This document shows, one piece after another, positions 1-10,895 of a DNA stretch of 64,000 nt. Every line of letters begins with the position of its first letter. The stretch's first letter is position 1. Source of the DNA: an uncultured bacterium (GTDB lineage Bacteria > Chloroflexota > UBA5177 > JANWHV01). A program made the position numbers and the translations under genes. The notes below the pieces were generated by a model. The model made no database searches. It worked only from the letters and a program-made list of their open reading frames with translations, and was not told where the DNA came from. Location of the stretch: contig CAWHAE010000018.1 in the NCBI GenBank assembly GCA_963827235.1, forward strand, positions 160,001 through 224,000. Reading direction: 5' to 3'.

Positions 1-715
1 TATCGCCACCCATACCTCGATCAAGCTGATCCTCAACAGCCACGTGGCGATCACGCCGGTGCTCATTCTCGACGACTCGGAGGGCGCGGACGCTATTCTC
101 GGCGGCGCCTCGATAAAGTCGCTCTCGGACCTGCGCGGCAAGACCGTCGCCTACGAGTACGGCACGACCAGTGACCTCCTCATTCACTACGCCTTGCTCC
201 ACGCCAATATCCCGTTCTCCGCGATCAAGACGCAGAATATCCCGGCCGCCGATGCCGCCACGGCGCTGGTCGCCGGGCGCATAGATGCCGCCGTCACCTA
301 TGAGCCCTACATCAGCGCGGTCGCGGGCAAGGGCAGGGGCGTGCACGTGCTCTACAGCAGCAAGGCGGCGCCTGGTCTGATCGGCGACTTCATGGTGGCC
401 AGCAACAGTCTGATCAAGGACCACCCGGACGAGGTTCGGGCGTTGCTGCGGGCCTGGAACGATTCCATGACCTACTGGGCGCAGAACTACAAGGACGGCG
501 TGGCGATCATGGCGAAGGGTGTCGGCAGCTCGCCGTCCGACCTGACCTCCACGCTGGCGGGCGCCGTGATCTATTCCATCCCGCAGAACAAGGTCCTGGC
601 CAAGGGGCTGATTCAGAAGCGCTACAGCATGGTCAACGAGGTGCTGCGAGCGACCGGTGTGGTCAAGGGCACCCTCGACCCGGCAAAGACCCTCAACTTC
701 TCGTTCCTGCCCTGA
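1..715 (+). CDS. ABC transporter substrate-binding protein, NitT/TauT/SsuA family (5' truncated at window edge)
   Basis: Motifs 'SIKSLSDLRGKTVA' and 'LVAGRIDAAVTYEPY'; directly upstream of the permease and ATPase. Confidence 0.85.
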   Translation, partial: IATHTSIKLILNSHVAITPVLILDDSEGADAILGGASIKSLSDLRGKTVAYEYGTTSDLLIHYALLHANIPFSAIKTQNIPAADAATALVAGRIDAAVTYEPYISAVAGKGRGVHVLYSSKAAPGLIGDFMVASNSLIKDHPDEVRALLRAWNDSMTYWAQNYKDGVAIMAKGVGSSPSDLTSTLAGAVIYSIPQNKVLAKGLIQKRYSMVNEVLRATGVVKGTLDPAKTLNFSFLP

Positions 716-718
716 GCG

Positions 719-1519
719 ATGTCCATGAAGCGCCTGTTCCGCATTCGCGAGGAGATCCCGCCTTCCGTCTACGCGGGCGTGGCGCTGTTTTCTCTGCTGC
801 TCGTCGTCGGGATATGGTCCGCCCTGAGCTATGGCGGGGTGGTCGATTCGCTCTTCCTGTCTACCCCCACCGACGTGCTGGGCAAGGCCGGGAACGAGAT
901 CCAGGACGGCACGCTCTGGTCCGACATCGGGGCCAGCGTCTATCGCATCACGCTGGGCTTTCTGGTGTCGACCGTGTTCGCCGTGCCGATCGGCGTGATC
1001 ATGGGTACGTACAAGATCGGCGAGAGCTTCTTCGAGCCGCCGATCGACCTCGTGCGCTACATGCCAGCGGTAGCTTTCGTGCCGCTGGTCATCGTGTGGT
1101 TCGGCACCGGCGACGAGGAGAAGCTGGTCATTCTCTTCATCGGCATCTTCTTCCAGGAGGTGCTGCTGATCATGGACAACGTGAAGTCCGTGCCGCGCAC
1201 GCTGATCAACGTCGCCTACACGTTCGGCCTCAAGCAATGGGAAGTGCTGCTCCGCGTGATCGTGCCGGCAGCACTTCCCGGCATGGTCGATACGCTGCGT
1301 ATCACCATGGGCTGGGCCTGGACGTACCTGGTGGTGGCGGAGCTCGTGGCCGCGGATTCCGGACTGGGCTTCCGCATCATGCAGGCCGAGCGCTATCTCG
1401 ACACGGCCACCATGATCCTCGGCATTCTGGTTATCGGCATACTAGGTCTGATCATCGACTTCGCGTTCAAGATCGCATATAGCAAGTTCTTCCCCTATAT
1501 GAAGGCTCACGGCGCATGA
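719..1519 (+). CDS. ABC transporter permease, NitT/TauT family
   Basis: Multiple TM helices; '[25 protein letters not shown]' is typical of TauC/SsuC-type permeases. Confidence 0.92.
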   Translation: MSMKRLFRIREEIPPSVYAGVALFSLLLVVGIWSALSYGGVVDSLFLSTPTDVLGKAGNEIQDGTLWSDIGASVYRITLGFLVSTVFAVPIGVIMGTYKIGESFFEPPIDLVRYMPAVAFVPLVIVWFGTGDEEKLVILFIGIFFQEVLLIMDNVKSVPRTLINVAYTFGLKQWEVLLRVIVPAALPGMVDTLRITMGWAWTYLVVAELVAADSGLGFRIMQAERYLDTATMILGILVIGILGLIIDFAFKIAYSKFFPYMKAHGA

Positions 1520-2319
1520 ACGGCTTCGACAAGCTGAGAGCGGAAGGCGTGCGCAAGGCGTTCGGCAGCGGCACGAAACAGGTCTTGGCCGTGGAGGATG
1601 TAACGCTCTCGATAGCGGACAACGAGTTCATCAGTATTGTCGGCACCTCGGGCTGCGGAAAGTCCACATTTCTCAACATGGTCGCCGGCCTGATCGAGCC
1701 CAGTGGCGGGCGCCTGACCATCGACGGCCACCCCGTCAAGGGTCCCGGCCTCGACCGGGGCATGGTGTTCCAGAGCTACACGCTGTTTCCGTGGCAGACG
1801 GTACTCAGAAACGTCGAGTTCGGCCTCAGCAAGAAGCCGTTCAGCCGTGCCGAGCGGCGCGAGATCGCGCTGCGGCACATCGCCATGGTCGGCCTGACAG
1901 GGTTCGAACAGTCCTATCCCACGCAGCTCTCCGGAGGCATGCAGCAGCGCGTGGCAATCGCGCGCGCACTGGCCTACAATCCATCCATCCTGCTCATGGA
2001 CGAGCCGTTCGGGGCTCTAGACGCGCAGACGCGGGGGCTGATGCAGGAGCTCCTGCTGAAGGTCTGGGAGAAGCACAAGGTGACCGTCGTCTTCATCACA
2101 CACGACGTTGATGAGGCCATATTCCTCTCCGATCGCGTCTACGTGATGACCGCGCGGCCCGGCCGCATCAAGGCGGAGATAGAGGTTGACCTGCCGCGCC
2201 CCCGACACTACGACATGCAGATCACACCGCCGTTCATCGCGTTCAAGCGGCAGATCATGGCCCTGATCCGCGAGGAGAGCCTGCGGAGCATTGCCCACGA
2301 CGAGCACCTCGATGCATAA
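1516..2319 (+). CDS. ABC transporter ATP-binding protein, NitT/TauT family
   Basis: Walker [17 protein letters not shown] signature, Walker B LLMDEPF; ATGA overlap with the permease. Confidence 0.95.
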   Translation: MNGFDKLRAEGVRKAFGSGTKQVLAVEDVTLSIADNEFISIVGTSGCGKSTFLNMVAGLIEPSGGRLTIDGHPVKGPGLDRGMVFQSYTLFPWQTVLRNVEFGLSKKPFSRAERREIALRHIAMVGLTGFEQSYPTQLSGGMQQRVAIARALAYNPSILLMDEPFGALDAQTRGLMQELLLKVWEKHKVTVVFITHDVDEAIFLSDRVYVMTARPGRIKAEIEVDLPRPRHYDMQITPPFIAFKRQIMALIREESLRSIAHDEHLDA

Positions 2320-2338
2320 ACATGCCGGAGGATCCCCG

Positions 2339-2995
2339 ATGAGCGACCAGACACAGACCACGCTTGGCGTACGAGAGATCAGCTGCGGACCGGAGCGAGT
2401 GGCTCTGGTGCGCGAGACGCGCGAGTCGTTCGTCGAGGCATCGCTGGACGTCACCGCCCGGCGCGACTCCCTGGTGACCACCGGACTTGCCTTCTTCGAC
2501 CACATGCTCGAGCAGATAGCCTGGAACGCCTGCCTGAACGTCGAGGTACGCTTCACCGCCAAGCGCTACCGCCTGACGCACGTGATCACGGAAGACGTTG
2601 GGCTCACGCTTGGCCGGGCGGCCGGCCGGCTCGCGCAGGAGCGCCTCGCAGCGGGCGTCGACGCGGCCGGCTCCAGTACGATGGCGATCGACGAGGCCAT
2701 TGCCCTTGCGCTGATCAGCTTTGAAGGGCGAGCGAACTGCTTCTTCGATCTCGCCACGGAGGGCGCTCGCATGGAGCGGGTCGAGGACATGCTGTCGGCC
2801 GACCTGCGCGCCTTCTTCGACGGCTTCGCGCAGGGTGCACGGGCGACGATTCACCTGCGATCGCTGCAGGCTGTCGACCCGCACCATGCCTGGGAAAGCA
2901 TGTTCAGAGCGTTCGGCGTGGCGCTCAGGAACGCCCTCAGGCCCAACCCGTGGCGCGCGGGCCTCACCGCGGGCCTCAAAGGAACGCTTGAGTAG
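2339..2995 (+). CDS. Imidazoleglycerol-phosphate dehydratase (HisB/IGPD)-like protein, divergent
   Basis: 'RETRES', 'TGLAFFDHML', 'THVITEDVGLTLG', 'DPHHAWESMFRAFGVALRNAL', C-terminal 'KGTL'; GGAGG RBS before ATG 2339. Confidence 0.8.
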   Translation: MSDQTQTTLGVREISCGPERVALVRETRESFVEASLDVTARRDSLVTTGLAFFDHMLEQIAWNACLNVEVRFTAKRYRLTHVITEDVGLTLGRAAGRLAQERLAAGVDAAGSSTMAIDEAIALALISFEGRANCFFDLATEGARMERVEDMLSADLRAFFDGFAQGARATIHLRSLQAVDPHHAWESMFRAFGVALRNALRPNPWRAGLTAGLKGTLE

Positions 2996-3002
2996 ACCGG
3001 TG

Positions 3003-3752
3003 ATGCGTTTCCAGGGGCGGACCGCGCTGATCACCGGCGGCACCAGCGGTATCGGGCTGGCGACTGCTCGGCGGTTGCTGTCCGAGGGCGCCCGCGTGGT
3101 CGTCAACGGTCGCGATTCGGCACGTCTGCAGGCCGCGCTGACCCTCCTGAACGGGTTGGGCGAGGCCGCCGGAGTCTGTGCCGATATCTCCGACGAGCGA
3201 CAGGTGTCGCGCCTGTTCGCCGAGACCATGGACGTGCTCGGGCGTCTGGACGTAGTCGTTCACAGCGCCGGCATCGACGGAGCCGGTGTGAACGTGCTCG
3301 ATCTGGACCCGGGCGACTGGCGGCGCGTGCTGGACGTCAATCTGACCGGCCCGTTCCTGGTTGCGCGCGCCGCGGCGCAGTCCATGCGCGGTTCCGGGGG
3401 TGCCATCGTCTGCGTCGCCTCGCTGAACGGGTTGGCTGCCGAGCCGAGCTTCGCCGACTACAACAGCGCCAAGGGTGGGCTCGTCATGCTGACCAGGTCG
3501 CTGGCCGTCGACCTTGTAGACAGCAGAATTCGCGTCAACGCCGTGTGTCCGGGCTACGTGCTGACGCCTATGACGGAGCCGTACGCCGGCAACCCGGAGA
3601 CGGCCTCCGCCATTACGGCGGCAATTCCCATGCGCCGGCTCGGCAAGCCCGAGGAAGTAGCGTCGGCAATCGCCTTCCTGGCCTCGGACGATGCCTCATA
3701 TATCACGGGAACGGTGCTCGTGGTCGACGGCGGCCGGCACGCTCGGCAATAG
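3003..3752 (+). CDS. Short-chain dehydrogenase/reductase (SDR)
   Basis: TGGTSGIG, HSAG, catalytic YNSAK, VNAVCPG, VDGG. Confidence 0.93.
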   Translation: MRFQGRTALITGGTSGIGLATARRLLSEGARVVVNGRDSARLQAALTLLNGLGEAAGVCADISDERQVSRLFAETMDVLGRLDVVVHSAGIDGAGVNVLDLDPGDWRRVLDVNLTGPFLVARAAAQSMRGSGGAIVCVASLNGLAAEPSFADYNSAKGGLVMLTRSLAVDLVDSRIRVNAVCPGYVLTPMTEPYAGNPETASAITAAIPMRRLGKPEEVASAIAFLASDDASYITGTVLVVDGGRHARQ

Positions 3753-3816
3753 CCGGCAGCCTCGAGCGCTCCGCTCCCCGGGTCAGGCGGCCGGGAGGTC
3801 GCCGGAAGGATGAAAC

Positions 3817-4902
3817 GTGACAGACCTGCTCGTCGATGCCGGGGCGCTGAGGGGATTCGTCTCCTTGGTGCTCCAGGCGATCTCCGTGGCACCCGAGGAC
3901 GCCGACACCGTGGCCGACGTGCTCGTAACGGCGGATCTGCGCGGTCACGAGTCGCACGGCGTGGCACGCCTCGACGGATTTTACGTGCGCCGCATACACT
4001 CCGGGCAGATCGATCCGCGAGCGACGACCACGGTGCTCCGCGAGAGCGCGGCCACGGCGGTGTTGGACGCCGGACACGGACTGGGGCACCCGGCCGGCAA
4101 ACGAGCCATGGCGCTGTGCATCGACAAGGCCAGGCAGGCAGGCACGTGCGTCGTCACGGTGCGGCGTAGCAATCACTATGGCATTGCCGGCTACTACGCC
4201 ATGATGGCCCTTCCACACGACATGATCGGCGTCTCCTGCACCAATTCGCTGGCCATGCTCGTGCCTACGCGCGGTCGATCGCCGGCCCTGGGCACCAACC
4301 CGATCGCCCTCGCCGCCCCCGCCGGCCGCCGGCCGCCCTTCGTGCTGGACATGGCGACGAGCGTGGTGCCGATGGGCAAGGTGGAGGCAAAGGCCCGGCG
4401 CGACGAGCCGCTGCCGCCCGGCTGGGCCGTCGACGCGGCGGGTCTGCCCGCGCGCGACGCACAGGCGGTGCTCGATGCATCCGACGCCCACCAGGCAGGC
4501 GGCCTCATGCCGCTCGGGGGCCTGGAAGCCGGCCACAAAGGGTACGGCCTAGCGGCCATGGTAGACGTCCTGTGCGGCGCGCTGGCAGGGGCGCGCGCCG
4601 GAGTGGCCGTTTACGGCGAAAAGTACGACCGCGGCGAGCCCGCCGACGTGGGGCACATCTTTGCCGCCATCAATCTGCAAGCCTTTGGCCCCGTGGAAGA
4701 GTTCAAGCGGTCCATGGACGACTACATCGACGCGCTGCACGCCACGCCGCTCGCCGACCAGTCCTTGCCCGTTCTGGTGGCCGGCGAGCCGGAAATGGAG
4801 CACGAGCGGAACCGTATGCTGCACGGCATCCCGTTGCACGATCGCGTGGCAGAGAACCTGCGAGACCTGGCTCGCCGTACCGGCGTGCCCGTCCCGTTCT
4901 AG
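3817..4902 (+). CDS. Ldh_2 family oxidoreductase (malate/L-lactate/sulfolactate/ureidoglycolate dehydrogenase-like)
   Basis: 'ADLRGHESHG', 'SNHYG', 'LGTNPIA', 'LDMATS', 'GHKGYGL'. Confidence 0.92.
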   Translation: MTDLLVDAGALRGFVSLVLQAISVAPEDADTVADVLVTADLRGHESHGVARLDGFYVRRIHSGQIDPRATTTVLRESAATAVLDAGHGLGHPAGKRAMALCIDKARQAGTCVVTVRRSNHYGIAGYYAMMALPHDMIGVSCTNSLAMLVPTRGRSPALGTNPIALAAPAGRRPPFVLDMATSVVPMGKVEAKARRDEPLPPGWAVDAAGLPARDAQAVLDASDAHQAGGLMPLGGLEAGHKGYGLAAMVDVLCGALAGARAGVAVYGEKYDRGEPADVGHIFAAINLQAFGPVEEFKRSMDDYIDALHATPLADQSLPVLVAGEPEMEHERNRMLHGIPLHDRVAENLRDLARRTGVPVPF

Positions 4903-4929
4903 AGGCAAGCTTCGCTAGGACGCCCCCGG

Positions 4930-5181
4930 TCAGAGGGGCATGCCCTCGTCGCCTGCGCTCCCGCCCTTCCGCCTGAACACGTAGGTCAGATAGTCTTCAA
5001 CCTCGCGCTGCTCGTCCACGCCATCCAGCAGCATGGCCTCGAGCACCTCCACGACCTGGGGGGCTATGTCCTCCAGCGCCTCGATGACCGGATAGGCGCT
5101 TCGCGATGGGTGAGGATCCGTCACATAGGTAAAGCAGATGTCTGCAAGTCCTTCGAGATCGGTGAGATCGAGCGTGTACAT
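4930..5181 (-). CDS. Small acidic hypothetical protein (83 aa)
   Basis: AAGGA RBS-like sequence upstream; protein-like acidic, helical composition; fills the gap. Confidence 0.6.
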   Translation of the reverse strand: MYTLDLTDLEGLADICFTYVTDPHPSRSAYPVIEALEDIAPQVVEVLEAMLLDGVDEQREVEDYLTYVFRRKGGSAGDEGMPL

Positions 5182-5512
5182 AGTACATCCTTGCCTGCGC
5201 CGGCCCTCTCGTTGTATGGGCCCGTGTCAGTCAGCATGCCACATTGAGCGTCTCTCGACCACCTCGGAGCAACCTCACTGCCGCGGAGCGGAGCTGCAAC
5301 CGCTCATTCGGGCGTTCGCCTCGGCAGTTCCGGGATCGCGGCCGCACCATTACAGGCCGGAGATCGTATCGTACGGGACCGCGCCATGCAGATGTGCCGT
5401 GCCACGCCTGTCTTTCTGCCTGTCACTGTTGGCGCCCACCCGGTCCATCTGCTACACCCACTGTAAGGGGACCTTCCTGACAGCGCTGGTGAATCGCCTG
5501 GGGAGATAGAGC

Positions 5513-5959
5513 ATGGGCGAGCCAGGTTACTCTCTCTTGGACGAGACGGTACTCGCCTACCGGCGATACTGGACCGCGCTGCTTCAGGCGGCGGAGCCCG
5601 TCTGGTCCGGCCTGGACCTGACCATCTCGCAGCTCAAGGGGCTGATTCTCCTCGAGGCCCGCGGTGAGCATTCGGTGAGCGGCATCGCCACAGCCCTTGG
5701 CATGGGCCGGCCGTCGGCGAGCATCCTGGTCGAGCAGCTTGTTCAGCTCGGACTCGTGCAACGCACCGAGGATAGCGAAGATCGCCGTCGCGCGGTGGTC
5801 GTGCTCACCCCGGAAGGACAAGAGCTGACGGCCCGGTTCCATCGCGGCGACGAGCAATTCATGCGCGACAGGTTCGTGCGGATGACCGATGACGATCTCC
5901 GGGCGCTCAAGCAGGGACTGCACGCGCTTGCCGAGTTCCTGATCCCCGCCGATTCCTGA
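5513..5959 (+). CDS. MarR family transcriptional regulator
   Basis: 'DLTISQLKGL', wHTH 'LVQLGLVQRTEDSEDRRRAVVVLTPEG'. Confidence 0.92.
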   Translation: MGEPGYSLLDETVLAYRRYWTALLQAAEPVWSGLDLTISQLKGLILLEARGEHSVSGIATALGMGRPSASILVEQLVQLGLVQRTEDSEDRRRAVVVLTPEGQELTARFHRGDEQFMRDRFVRMTDDDLRALKQGLHALAEFLIPADS

Positions 5960-6130
5960 GCGTCCGCGGTAGTCCCGTTCCAGCGCTGCCTGCGCCGCCG
6001 GGCGCGTGAGCATGTGCCTGGTATTATGCAAGTGTTCCCGTTCTGCGACGGGTTTCCGCCTCCCCCAAGCACTGCGCCTATATGCGGAGCCGAACACCAG
6101 ATGAGCTCACCCACGAATCGTGTCACCTCT

Positions 6131-7128
<998 letters not shown>

Positions 7129-7132
<4 letters not shown>

Positions 7133-8091
7133 AGGCGTGGCAGTCCCTGCGAGCACGTCGCAAGGCTCCTCTGGCGGGCGATCGGCGAGTTACAAGCGGC
7201 CGGCCGCCGTCCCCGCTGCTCGACGAGACCGCACTTCGCCAGCTGATGCGCCTGCGCCTGGAGAGCGGTCGTGCGATCACGGGCTGGTTTACAGGAGAAC
7301 ATGATGGCCAGCGCAGGACCCAGGCTCTGGAGTTCGAGGACTACCGCGGCTACGTGCCCGGCGACGACTTTCGCCTGATCGACTGGAACGCGTACGGCCG
7401 CCTCGGCGAGCTGTTTGCGAAAACGTCGCGCGCCGAGGAGACCCTCCAGGTCTCGTTGCTGGTCGACTGCAGCCGATCGATGGATTGGGGCACTCCCAGC
7501 AAGCTCCGCTATGCCAAGCAAGTAGCGGCTGCCCTGGGTGCCCTCGCGCTGCTGCACGGCGATCCCGTACGTGTCTACGCGCTCGGAGACGGCAGGGCCG
7601 TCCCCGGCGCGCCGCTGTACAATCCGACCGACCTCCCGGCCTTGATTGCCGGACTGGAAAGCCTGCCGCAGCTCTCGGCAACCGACTTCGCGGGTTCCGC
7701 CTCCGAGTTCCAGCGCACCGCCCAGCCGGGCGGCGCCATCTTCGTGCTCAGCGACCTGCTCTCGTCGATGGCAGACGTGGCCATGCTGGGCTTCCTGGCG
7801 CTCCCGGGCACCTCGCTCGTCGTCGTGCACGTCTATGATCCGGCGGAGGCGCGGCCCGAGCTGGGCGGAACGGTTGAGCTGCGCGACCGCGAGTCCGGTG
7901 CCACGGCCGTGCTCTCGGTAACACCCAACCTGCGCCGGCTCTATGCGATCCGGTTTCAGGAGCGTTCGCTTGAGATCCGCGACCGCCTCGCTGCCGCAGA
8001 CGCCGGCTATGTCACCGCTCCTACCTCGGTGACTTCGGTCGACCTGGTCGCCGGCGGTCTGCATACCGAAGGCATGGTCGCGCGCGGCTGA
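7129..8091 (+). CDS. DUF58 (vWA-like) protein, MoxR partner
   Basis: 'EFEDYRGYVPGDDFRLIDWNAYGR', 'VDCSRSM', 'VLSDLL'; GTGA overlap with moxR. Confidence 0.92.
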
Positions 8092-8166
8092 GCGGCCGCT
8101 CGCAGCGGCAGCCGGGTGACTCCGCGCTGCCGCCGTGCCGGATCGGTTGAGCCGCTCAGGGCATGG

Positions 8167-8694
8167 TCATGGATGCGGATTCGAGCTGAACCGGGTGAAG
8201 TGCAGCGAAATGACCGCGGCCTGTCCCAGCACGAAGCCCGTCACCAGCTCGGCCCCCGCGTGCTGCTGCACGTGGAGCACGCCGATCTTTGGCCCGGTGA
8301 ACAAGCCTGCGTTCACCTGCGCCGAGAGCGCCTTGCCCAGATGCACGAACTGTGTGAGATAGAGCACGGTCGTACCGGTCTTCGCGTAGAGCGATAGTAT
8401 GCCGCTCATCACCGGATGGGGTTGGCGCGGTACCACGCGGCCGAATATGGTGAGCGTACCCGATGTGGCGAAGCTCGAGCTGCTCGATGCCGTCAGGTGA
8501 TAGCGGCCCTGAAACGCCGCCAGGCCCCCGGGCCAGCCGGCCGCGGTCGCAGCCGTGGCCGCCGAAGCGGTCGGCGCGGCGACAGCAACGCCTCCGCCGG
8601 CCGGGGCAACGGCACCAAGACAGAGAGCCACTGCCAGTACAATGATCGTCCTCAGGCCGCGGCGGCGCGATCGCCGTGCGTAGTTGGGTACCAT
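8167..8694 (-). CDS. Small secreted beta-rich hypothetical protein (paralog of 17190..17693)
   Basis: Arg-rich n-region plus hydrophobic signal 'RRRGLRTIIVLAVALCLGAVA'; AGGAGG RBS; lies 36 bp downstream of the PQQ gene. Confidence 0.75.
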   Translation of the reverse strand: MVPNYARRSRRRGLRTIIVLAVALCLGAVAPAGGGVAVAAPTASAATAATAAGWPGGLAAFQGRYHLTASSSSSFATSGTLTIFGRVVPRQPHPVMSGILSLYAKTGTTVLYLTQFVHLGKALSAQVNAGLFTGPKIGVLHVQQHAGAELVTGFVLGQAAVISLHFTRFSSNPHP

Positions 8695-8729
8695 GTGACG
8701 CCTCCTTCTCGTGGCTGTCTGCAGGAAGC

Positions 8730-10376
8730 TCAGCCGCCAACCGCCGGCAACGGCTTGATCGGGGCTCCTCCGAGCTTTAGTACCAGAACGCTTGCACCCA
8801 GCTTGCCGAGCTGCTGTGCGCCGGTGACTGCCGATCCGCCGAGCACGATGGCGACGTACTCCGTGCCCTTGACCTCGTACAAGACGGGCGCGGACCCCGT
8901 CGCCAGGCCCACGTCGGCAGTCCACACCACTTTGCCGGTGCGGTCGTCAAAGGCATAGAAGGTACCGTCTTGACCGGACGAGAGCACGAGGTGGCTCGCC
9001 GTCACGCTGGCGCCGCCGATCATCGGCGTTGGGAGTTTGAGCTTCCAGAGGAACTTGCCGGTGTTCACGTCGACCGCCGAAAAGGTGCCGCTGGCTTTGC
9101 CCACCGGGCTGCGTGTGCCGGCGAAATCGCGCTCTCCGCCCGTTGCGGCGCCCGTGATCTTGATGCGGAAGCACTGATCGATGCCCGGCACGTAGACCGC
9201 GTGGGTCAGAGGGCTGTAGGCAACCGGCGAATAGGGCGAGCCGCCGATCGTGCCCGGGCACGACACGACACCCTTGGTGGTCGGCGCCGGATGGTTGACG
9301 CGCACGTACTGCAAGGGAGCAAAGAGCAGTTTGCCGGTCGCGGCGTTCAGGAGGTACACGAGGCCGTTCTTGCCGGCTTCCGCGACCCCGCGCACCTTCT
9401 TGCCGGCGATCTGAGCGTCGAAGAGCACGACGGGAGAGGCGGCGCCGTAGCTCCATTGATCGTGCGGCGTCTCCTGGTAGTACCAGACGAGCTTACCCGT
9501 GCGAGCCTGCAGAGCGAGAATCGAATCAGTGTAGAGGTCGGGGCCTTCCCGGCCGGTGCCCAGCAGCACGGGCGAGGGTGTGCCGGTGCCGATGTAGACC
9601 AGGCCGGTGGTGGTGTCGACCGTGGGTGGCATGTATGTGCCGCCGCCTCCGTGATTGCCCTTCGGCACCCAACCGTGACCGGGCGCCGGAACGGTATAGA
9701 ATCGCCACAGGAGTTTGCCCGTGTTGGCATCGTAGGCGGCAACAAACCCGCGCACGCCGTCCTGACTGCCCGACGACCCGACAAAGACGATACCATTCCA
9801 GATCGTCGGCGCCATCGTCTCGTAATAGCCCGCATGTGGATCGGCTGCCTGCGCCTGCCACAGCCGCTCTCCGGTGTCCTCGGTAATCGCCTGCAACCGG
9901 CCATCAAAGGTCACAATGTATACCTTGCCGTTCGAGACGGCAACGCCGCGGTTGACCGAGACGCCGTAGCCGCCCACGCCGGTCGACAACGAGAAATCCA
10001 CCGGCGATGCGTAGCGCCAGGTCTCCTGCCCGGTGACCGCGTTCAGGGCGATGATCTCGTCCGTGTTGGTGGTGACAAACATGGTGCTGCCGATCACCTG
10101 CGGGAAGCTCTCCGACAGTACCTGGTAAGGACCGAGACCGGCGGTCCAGGCCACTCCCAGCTTCTTGATGTTGCCGGGATTCACCTGGGTGAGCGGTGAG
10201 AATCGAGTGTTGTCGCGGTCGCCGCCGAAATACGGCCAGTCGGCGCCGGCTACCGCCGCGGTCGCCGTGGCTCGTGCCGGGCCGGCTGCCAGGCTCGGGT
10301 AGGATAAGACCCCGGCTCCAACCAGGACGAATGTCGCGGCCCACCGCCATCGTTTCCCAGACCACCAAAGCGCCAT
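8730..10376 (-). CDS. Secreted PQQ-dependent dehydrogenase-like 8-bladed beta-propeller with metal ligands degenerate
   Basis: Signal peptide; 'DWPYFGGDRDNTRFSPLTQVNPGNIKKLGVAW', 'VNRGVA', 'GVRGFVAAYDANTGKLLWRF', 'YEVKGTEYVAI'; GGAGG RBS before ATG 10376. Confidence 0.88.
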   Translation of the reverse strand: MALWWSGKRWRWAATFVLVGAGVLSYPSLAAGPARATATAAVAGADWPYFGGDRDNTRFSPLTQVNPGNIKKLGVAWTAGLGPYQVLSESFPQVIGSTMFVTTNTDEIIALNAVTGQETWRYASPVDFSLSTGVGGYGVSVNRGVAVSNGKVYIVTFDGRLQAITEDTGERLWQAQAADPHAGYYETMAPTIWNGIVFVGSSGSQDGVRGFVAAYDANTGKLLWRFYTVPAPGHGWVPKGNHGGGGTYMPPTVDTTTGLVYIGTGTPSPVLLGTGREGPDLYTDSILALQARTGKLVWYYQETPHDQWSYGAASPVVLFDAQIAGKKVRGVAEAGKNGLVYLLNAATGKLLFAPLQYVRVNHPAPTTKGVVSCPGTIGGSPYSPVAYSPLTHAVYVPGIDQCFRIKITGAATGGERDFAGTRSPVGKASGTFSAVDVNTGKFLWKLKLPTPMIGGASVTASHLVLSSGQDGTFYAFDDRTGKVVWTADVGLATGSAPVLYEVKGTEYVAIVLGGSAVTGAQQLGKLGASVLVLKLGGAPIKPLPAVGG

Positions 10377-10479
10377 TGCCGTGCTGCCCCTCCTCCACGT
10401 CTCGTAGCATGAAGCGACTTCAACCACACCCGTACGATCGGCGGCTGCCGGCGCCCATCCTCCTCATGCGAACCTTTGC

Positions 10480-10560
10480 CGTCAATTGGTTGCGTTCAAG
10501 CCACCTATTCTACAGTATGCACATGTTTTATATGTTGGTACTATGTGAACTGAATACCCC
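10480..10560. promoter_or_regulatory. AT-rich divergent promoter region
   Basis: Sharp AT-rich island between divergent genes; TAGAAT on the minus strand; imperfect inverted repeat TGCACAT...ATGTGAA. Confidence 0.5.
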
Positions 10561-10895
10561 CCGTCGAGGCCGGAGGCACTCCGGTATCGTCACAACGTCG
10601 AGAGGATCAATCGGTGCTGTTTCCGGCCACGCTGGAATCGCCAAGGGCAACGCCCGCAGGGCGTCACCGGTCGCCCACACCTATCCGCTACGAGCGCGTA
10701 CTGGCGCTCTGCATCTCCGGATGGCGGGCCGGTCCCAGGGTCGCGGCGGGCTGGTTTGCGCCTTCCCTGGATGCTGCACTGCGCATGGCTCCCCGCCTGG
10801 CGCCGGAGACGCAGCCATGCGCGGCTCTATTCGTGTCGGCCGCCGAGACTGGCGGCCCACGCTCCGGCCGTGCCTCCGGAGACAGGACCGGTTCG

